In this document: one piece after another, positions 58,676 through 64,000 of the stretch
How positions within the stretch are numbered: position 1 is the first letter of the stretch
Layout: each line of letters opens with the position of its first letter
From: a virus
Taxonomy: Duplodnaviria; Caudoviricetes
DNA length: 64,000 bases
Virus record (IMG/VR): IMGVR_UViG_3300017919_000016
Span: 1-64,000 of that record
Strand: one strand, 5' to 3'
Notes under the pieces: generated by a model
Databases searched by the model: none
Told to the model about the DNA's origin: nothing
What the model saw: the letters and a program-made list of their open reading frames with translations, nothing else
Translations under genes and position numbers: made by a program

Positions 58676-60955
58676 TTATGATCCTGCCACTCCAAGATTT
58701 CTAACGGTGACGGTATTTTGATTCCACTGTAGTTGTGCTATGACTCTTGTTAGAATATTTCCATCAATTGTAAGTGGAATGGTCACATCAAAGACTGCAC
58801 CTTCAGAACCACCGAGACTTCCTGAAACTTGAGAGTTCAGATCGAGATCAAAGTCTGTAGGTATAGCTCCTTGAATGTCTTTTTCAACCCCACTCATGGC
58901 TTCAGTGAAGCCCTCTCCAATACCTTCACTCATGTTGGCACCAATCCCAGCGAATACTTTTGATGGTGAGCGGATTCCAAGAACACCTTTAACACCTTTA
59001 ACGATACCACTGACCATGCTATCCACTTTTCCTTTCAGCCAACCGATCATGGAGGAGATACCGTCCCATAGACCTCTAGCGATGTTTTTTCCCACATCAT
59101 TCATAGAAGGAATGGCTCTTCCCAGTCCTGTCACAATTGCCGAGATGATTTGTGGAAGCTGACCGACAAGCTGCGGAATGGCTCTGATGAGTCCTGCCGC
59201 CAGCTGGATGGTCAGCTGAATGCCCATCTCAATAATCTTAGGTAAGTTATTTGTGATGAAGGTAATAATGCTATTGATTATTTGAGGGAGGGCATCTATT
59301 AGCTTCGGCAGTGAGTTGATCAGACCCTCGGCAAGGCCACTGATGATCTGAAAGGCTGCATCAAGGACCAGGTCTAAGTTGTCGATGAACGTCTGGGCAA
59401 TGAGAATCACTGCTTCAACAATGGAAGGAACCAGCTCAGGTAGCGCTTCACCAAGTCCCGTAGCAAGGGTAACAATCATCACAAGGGCTGCTTCTACAAG
59501 TGCTGGCAGATTGGCGATGATTCCATCTACTAAAGTCAGCACCAGTTGGAGTGCGCCTTCAGTAATCTGAGGTAGAGCTTCGATGAGTCCACCTACGATG
59601 GTCATAATAATATTTGTCGCCGCTTCAATAAGCGTTGGCAAGTTATCGATGATGCCACTTACTAGAGCAAGAACAAGGTCCGGTGCCACTTCGGCAATAG
59701 CCGCTATGAGTCCAGTCACCACCTCTAAAATCTGCGGAAGAATCACTGCAATCTGATCCACCGTTTGCCTGGCCCCTTCTTTTAACGCTTCTGCGGCTCC
59801 TTCTTGGCCAGTAATTAGTCCGGTAAGCCCATCAAGCACCATGGTGAAGCCAGGAAGGAGCTGCGAGGTGATGTTGTTTTTCACCCCTGCAAAGGAACGA
59901 GTGAGGTTATCCATGGCATCGGTGTAACCCACCGCCGCATCAATGGATTCATCACTCATCACTAGGCCAAGTTCACTGGCTTTATTCTTCAGAGCATCTG
60001 TGCTTTCTGCTGTTTGATTTAAAAGGGCTCCAAGCTCTACAGAAGACGTGCCAAGAAGGTCATTGGCAATAGCAGCTTTTTCGCCTTCATCTGCAATCCC
60101 CTGTAGTCCTCTAACGGTCATCTCAAAGACTTCTTCTCGAGATTTCCCTTGAAGGTCCTCCATAGAAATGCCGAGTCTTTTAAACTTTTCAGTAGCAGAA
60201 GCACTCCCATTAATGGCATCATCCACGGTGCTATTCAGTTTCTTCATCCCGGCTTCAAGAGATGAGATGCTGGCACCATTTTGAGAAAGTACATACTCCC
60301 ATTCCTGATAGCCTTGTCTCGAAAGGCCCAGTCTTTGACTGGCTTTATCCACTACATCTCCGGCGGCAGCTGCATCATTTGCCATATCATACAGCTTCTT
60401 TCCCGCACCCACTGCTGCAGTTCCAATGGCTGCCATGGCCACACCAATACCGGCGGCTACACCTTTCATGACAGATCCTAGTTTTTCAAGCTTCCCACCG
60501 GAATCATCTGCTACTTTAGCTGACTCTTTAATCTCATCGCCAAACTTATCAGCTTCTTTACCGGCATCATCAAATCCATTGCTGGCTGCATCGAGAGCTT
60601 TATTGTTTTCATCAAGCTCCCGCTCCATCTTGTTAAGATCTGCATTTGCATTATTCAGCTGAATCTGCCAGGCCTTGGTTCGCTTGTCATTCTCGCCAAA
60701 GGAGTCGGCGGCATTTTTAAGGGCAGCTTCCAGGGTGCCGATTTTGTTTTTCTGGGCATCGATCTCTTTATTCAGGACTTCATTTCTTGCTGTCACTGCC
60801 TGTAGAGATTTATCCTGTTTATCAAACTGAGATGTGACGAGCTTCATCTCAGAACCAAGCACTTTGAAATCTCTGTTGATTTCACGAAGGCTATTCTTGA
60901 ACTCCTTTTCCCCTTCAATACCTATTTTTAGGCCAAAATTGCTATCACCTGCCAT
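58676..60955 (-). CDS. Tail tape measure protein
   Basis: Paralogue of 27348-29627 with the same length. Confidence 0.92.
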   Translation of the reverse strand: MAGDSNFGLKIGIEGEKEFKNSLREINRDFKVLGSEMKLVTSQFDKQDKSLQAVTARNEVLNKEIDAQKNKIGTLEAALKNAADSFGENDKRTKAWQIQLNNANADLNKMERELDENNKALDAASNGFDDAGKEADKFGDEIKESAKVADDSGGKLEKLGSVMKGVAAGIGVAMAAIGTAAVGAGKKLYDMANDAAAAGDVVDKASQRLGLSRQGYQEWEYVLSQNGASISSLEAGMKKLNSTVDDAINGSASATEKFKRLGISMEDLQGKSREEVFEMTVRGLQGIADEGEKAAIANDLLGTSSVELGALLNQTAESTDALKNKASELGLVMSDESIDAAVGYTDAMDNLTRSFAGVKNNITSQLLPGFTMVLDGLTGLITGQEGAAEALKEGARQTVDQIAVILPQILEVVTGLIAAIAEVAPDLVLALVSGIIDNLPTLIEAATNIIMTIVGGLIEALPQITEGALQLVLTLVDGIIANLPALVEAALVMIVTLATGLGEALPELVPSIVEAVILIAQTFIDNLDLVLDAAFQIISGLAEGLINSLPKLIDALPQIINSIITFITNNLPKIIEMGIQLTIQLAAGLIRAIPQLVGQLPQIISAIVTGLGRAIPSMNDVGKNIARGLWDGISSMIGWLKGKVDSMVSGIVKGVKGVLGIRSPSKVFAGIGANMSEGIGEGFTEAMSGVEKDIQGAIPTDFDLDLNSQVSGSLGGSEGAVFDVTIPLTIDGNILTRVIAQLQWNQNTVTVRNLGVAGS

Positions 60956-61021
60956 AGTGTCTCACCTCCTCCTCTTTAGGCATGAAAAAAGACACCTCGT
61001 CTCAAGTGTCTAAAAATCAAT

Positions 61022-61231
61022 CTAGATCCAAGCGGGAATGACGTCATCGATCGATAGATTTAGCTTCGGTTTTGCGATGCCAATAAACTGCTTGTGGCAT
61101 TCCCAAAGATCCATCAGATAACCTATAGGCATCAGCCACACCTCATCTTCTTTACGATTAAGATGGGCCGTGCCGTAGTAGATCAGTCGGGTAAATAACT
61201 CCTCATCACTTACCCGACTACCTCGTTTTTT
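61022..61231 (-). CDS. Tail chaperone -1 frameshift extension
   Basis: A AAA AAC at 61231-61225; -1 frame open to TAG at 61022. Confidence 0.8.
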   Translation of the reverse strand, partial: KKRGSRVSDEELFTRLIYYGTAHLNRKEDEVWLMPIGYLMDLWECHKQFIGIAKPKLNLSIDDVIPAWI

Positions 61232-61620
61232 GAAGGTTCGCTCTCCACATTTCTCTTGGTCCCCTTCATCATACTGGCCATGATGGCGTTCTTGTAGGCC
61301 GCTAGATCAAAAGGTGTGGTGAGAAGCTCCACTTCTTCTTCAGTGAGGAGTTCTTTCTTCTGATCCTTATTCCTGATGTTATGAATCAAGATGGACTGAT
61401 TGGCCAGAAGGGTGATGAGCCAAACCACCTCCTCGAGCGCCATTTCAAAGTTCTCAGTTTTCATGAGCTTCTCGCCAAGGTTTTCAAGACCGCCATAACG
61501 TCCTGCAATTTCTTTTGTTGCCTTCGTTGTGAGTACCAGCTTAAACTCTGTGCCACCGATTTCAATAGTGGCGCTTCGATCTTCAGCTGCTTCTGTGAGT
61601 TTTACATTTTCATCTGCCAT
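61210..61620 (-). CDS. Tail assembly chaperone
   Basis: Paralogue of 33193-33603. Confidence 0.85.
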   Translation of the reverse strand: MADENVKLTEAAEDRSATIEIGGTEFKLVLTTKATKEIAGRYGGLENLGEKLMKTENFEMALEEVVWLITLLANQSILIHNIRNKDQKKELLTEEEVELLTTPFDLAAYKNAIMASMMKGTKRNVESEPSKNEVVG

Positions 61621-61634
61621 CTATCTTCCCTCCA

Positions 61635-62516
61635 TTAAGATACGATTACTGTTGCTACTTCAGTTGTCACAGGATCTGCTCCACTTAAGTTCAGCACACA
61701 GTAATAGTAATAGGTATCCGCCAGAAGACCCGTTGGGATATCAAAGCTGGCAGAGGTCTCTCCATTAATTGGTGTACCTCCTGTAGAACTGTCAATGGTG
61801 TTTTCATACCACTGATACGTTACAGGGTTAGACGTATTGGAACTTGCCACCACAGAAAGACTTCCAGTTATGCTACCGGCTGTCACTTCGGTGAGGGCTG
61901 CAGGCTGAGTCGTGATGGTAATCGCCGGTGTTACCGGAGTAAAGTTTGGTTCATACACGGAAGTGAACCAACCTGAAATAGTCGATGGTGCAACACCGCT
62001 ATCTCCTTCAGTGACTTCGGCTTTCCATGGGTGCTTGTTTTCTCCATCCAGTTTGTTTCGTCTAAAGACCGTTCCCTCTATGGTGGGACTACTAAAGGTA
62101 ATGGAATCACCTTTGGTCGCAAGGCTGGTGGCAGGGACACTAAAGATAACTCGATAGAGCCAAAAATATCTATAGCGTCCGTTGGCCTTCTTAGCACGAA
62201 ACCCGATGGCCACTGGGCTTCCTCCATCTTCACTTCTTGAAACAACGACATTGTTGCTGTCGATTTTGCATCCTGTTAAATCCTGGGCCACCACTGAACC
62301 AATATCATCAATCCCAAGAGTCAGTGCGCCGCTTTTGAATTCCTTCACAACTTCTGATGCACCATCATCCGCATAAAGAATTGCTTCAATCAGCTCCACA
62401 CTCAGTTCTGCCGTCATGGCTTTAGCCAGGACCTTTGGTGTGCCATAGGTTTCGATGCCATTTTGATCTTCTGTAATCTTGGCGTAGTATAGACTGTCGA
62501 GTCCAATTGTTGCCAT
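61635..62516 (-). CDS. Major tail protein with Ig-like domain
   Basis: Paralogue of 33618-34499. Confidence 0.9.
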   Translation of the reverse strand: MATIGLDSLYYAKITEDQNGIETYGTPKVLAKAMTAELSVELIEAILYADDGASEVVKEFKSGALTLGIDDIGSVVAQDLTGCKIDSNNVVVSRSEDGGSPVAIGFRAKKANGRYRYFWLYRVIFSVPATSLATKGDSITFSSPTIEGTVFRRNKLDGENKHPWKAEVTEGDSGVAPSTISGWFTSVYEPNFTPVTPAITITTQPAALTEVTAGSITGSLSVVASSNTSNPVTYQWYENTIDSSTGGTPINGETSASFDIPTGLLADTYYYYCVLNLSGADPVTTEVATVIVS

Positions 62517-62554
62517 ATCCTATTCCTCCTTCAAAATAGCTGAATCCGCTTCAG

Positions 62555-62902
62555 CTAAAAATTCACTTCATAAACTTTTGCCACATCGATGGCGAAGTGG
62601 TGAAAACCAGTATCTTCTTCGTATCCGAGATACCTTCTGTCCGTTATGATAAAGCCTGCTCCCAGTAGTGCTTTTACCACTTCATTTTTTCTCACCTGGT
62701 AGTTGCCCTTAGAGAACAAGGAGAGACGAACTTCCTGCAGTTCTGCTCCTGGCAGATCATCAGCAAAATGATCAAAGATATCACTCATAGGGGTAATGAC
62801 CAGATATTCATCCGGAGCTTTTTTACTGAACACACCTGTTTCAATGGGAACCCCCAAAGGCACAAGGACCTCGCCTATATCCTTCAAAATACTGTTATAC
62901 AT
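62555..62902 (-). CDS. Tail terminator/completion protein
   Basis: Paralogue of 34538-34885. Confidence 0.7.
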   Translation of the reverse strand: MYNSILKDIGEVLVPLGVPIETGVFSKKAPDEYLVITPMSDIFDHFADDLPGAELQEVRLSLFSKGNYQVRKNEVVKALLGAGFIITDRRYLGYEEDTGFHHFAIDVAKVYEVNF

Positions 62903-62922
62903 ATCGCTCGCCCTCCTTCTCT

Positions 62923-63354
62923 TTAGATTTTACTGATCTCTTCATCCAGCTTTCTTTTCATCGCATCTATACAGGCGTTTCGGCTGGCTGTTTTTGCCGG
63001 TTTCAAGAATGGCTTAGCCGGCTGACCAGACTTACCGTACTCTAAGATATTGGCGAGTTTAGCATTTGATTCTCCGTCTTTTCGCGGTTCATCAAAGCCC
63101 ACCTTCACATTGTAATTGCCATCTCGATCCACGCCAGCAGGCGTTACACCGAGTGCATCAATCAGCTCTCCAGTAGACCTTGATGGAAGTTTTGTGTCAC
63201 TTCCAATCGTTGCATGTAGATTGGTTTTCACTTTGGCTTTCACCACTTCGCCACCTTCTTTTAGGACTTTGGGGATGATTTCATCGGTCTTCTCAGCTAG
63301 GGTAGATACCTTTAACAAGAAGCTTTCAGGCATTTTGTAGGTTCCACGTGCCAT
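62923..63354 (-). CDS. HK97 gp10-family protein
   Basis: Paralogue of 34906-35337. Confidence 0.88.
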   Translation of the reverse strand: MARGTYKMPESFLLKVSTLAEKTDEIIPKVLKEGGEVVKAKVKTNLHATIGSDTKLPSRSTGELIDALGVTPAGVDRDGNYNVKVGFDEPRKDGESNAKLANILEYGKSGQPAKPFLKPAKTASRNACIDAMKRKLDEEISKI

Positions 63355-63365
63355 GAAATCACCTC

Positions 63366-63695
63366 CTAGTCCTTCGTGGCTTCAATCTTTTCTGCTGCTA
63401 CTTCAAAATAAAATCCCATAATAACCTCAACGCTTAAGATTCGGTACTCCCCGGTATCGCAGCGGATCAACATACCAGGTTCAATCACCACATCAGGAAT
63501 CCTTCTAAACTGAAAGGTGGCACTCGCTTTGGAATAGGCGGCCATATTGGCCCACTTTCTTGAACCGTGCCTTTCATCCCTATATGCACGAACACTGGCG
63601 ATGATCTCTTCTCCCTTGGAGGAGAATCCTTCAGCGTCCTTGATGGGAATCGTATCGATGATGTCGATTCGGGTGTTCATCTTCCCAAAGCTCAT
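63366..63695 (-). CDS. Head-tail adaptor
   Basis: Paralogue of 35349-35678. Confidence 0.8.
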   Translation of the reverse strand: MSFGKMNTRIDIIDTIPIKDAEGFSSKGEEIIASVRAYRDERHGSRKWANMAAYSKASATFQFRRIPDVVIEPGMLIRCDTGEYRILSVEVIMGFYFEVAAEKIEATKD

Positions 63696-63813
63696 ACCCT
63701 TCACCTACCTTTACTACCTTTTCCTCATAACCATGACTGCGATCCTTCCGTCTGCCCTTTCGGTAGCATCTTTTCTGACGTTTCCTTCTTTTCTTCACCC
63801 ATAACCGTTTCAT
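63631..63813 (-). CDS. Arg/Lys-rich 60-aa microprotein
   Basis: Paralogue of 35614-35796. Confidence 0.6.
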   Translation of the reverse strand: MKRLWVKKRRKRQKRCYRKGRRKDRSHGYEEKVVKVGEGYELWEDEHPNRHHRYDSHQGR

Positions 63814-64000
63814 CAGACCTGCCACTCCTTTCCCATGCGTAGAAGTAGATGTACTGTCTTCCACACCTGCTCTGAAGCACTGACATTGTCATTAAAGAAA
63901 CCACCGGTGGAGCCATCACGACTCTCATAAAAATGAGAAGCCAGCATAATGACTCCCTGCTCAGTGGTCGGTGACATGGTGTTTTCTGTGTAGAAGTTTG
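63813..64000 (-). CDS. Head-tail connector (3' part, cut by window edge)
   Basis: Paralogue of 35796-36104. Confidence 0.85.
   Translation of the reverse strand, partial: NFYTENTMSPTTEQGVIMLASHFYESRDGSTGGFFNDNVSASEQVWKTVHLLLRMGKEWQV

Larger units (their letters stand above)
43493..64000 (-). mobile_element. Element E2: prophage-like tail and lysis module, LSR-A/B/C, cargo and end module (continues past right edge)
   Basis: Tail genes closely parallel E1; recombinases much more diverged. Confidence 0.88.

Noticed and set aside
1-64000. Assembly-artefact explanation for the duplicated blocks
   Set aside because: Copies differ by many mostly synonymous substitutions and by distinct insertions; only the junctions themselves still need long-read confirmation.

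Overview
Low-GC Firmicutes (Clostridia-like) accessory region in which every credible gene is on the minus strand. It is a stack of four related phage-like elements, here called E2 (43493-64000), E1 (13077-43494), E0 (5758-13078) and E-1 (1-5759). E2 and E1 carry HK97-type siphophage morphogenesis and lysis genes followed by three large serine recombinase (LSR) genes, A-B-C. Gene C is a 1100-1300 aa fusion of two complete LSR units, so each module has four catalytic domains. E0 and E-1 survive only as a 5'-truncated B, an intact C and cargo. E2, E1 and E0 end in cargo (AbiE, Schlafen/AlbA ATPase, small ORFs), then a conserved non-coding end module, then an abrupt junction into the next element; the end of E-1 lies beyond the left edge. 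All three junctions read CG-N3-YGAWWCKA-N3-GGAT on the + strand with largely unrelated sequence on the other side of the CG, which suggests a multi-target serine recombination system with a CG crossover core. The morphogenesis modules carry morons: an AbiL/RloAB-like pair flanked by a 19-bp direct repeat, an AbiE pair broken by IS256, and a membrane-anchored paralogue of the phage's own tail beta-propeller with its own promoter. No rRNA, tRNA or CRISPR array was seen. Family assignments come from motif recognition, not database searches.
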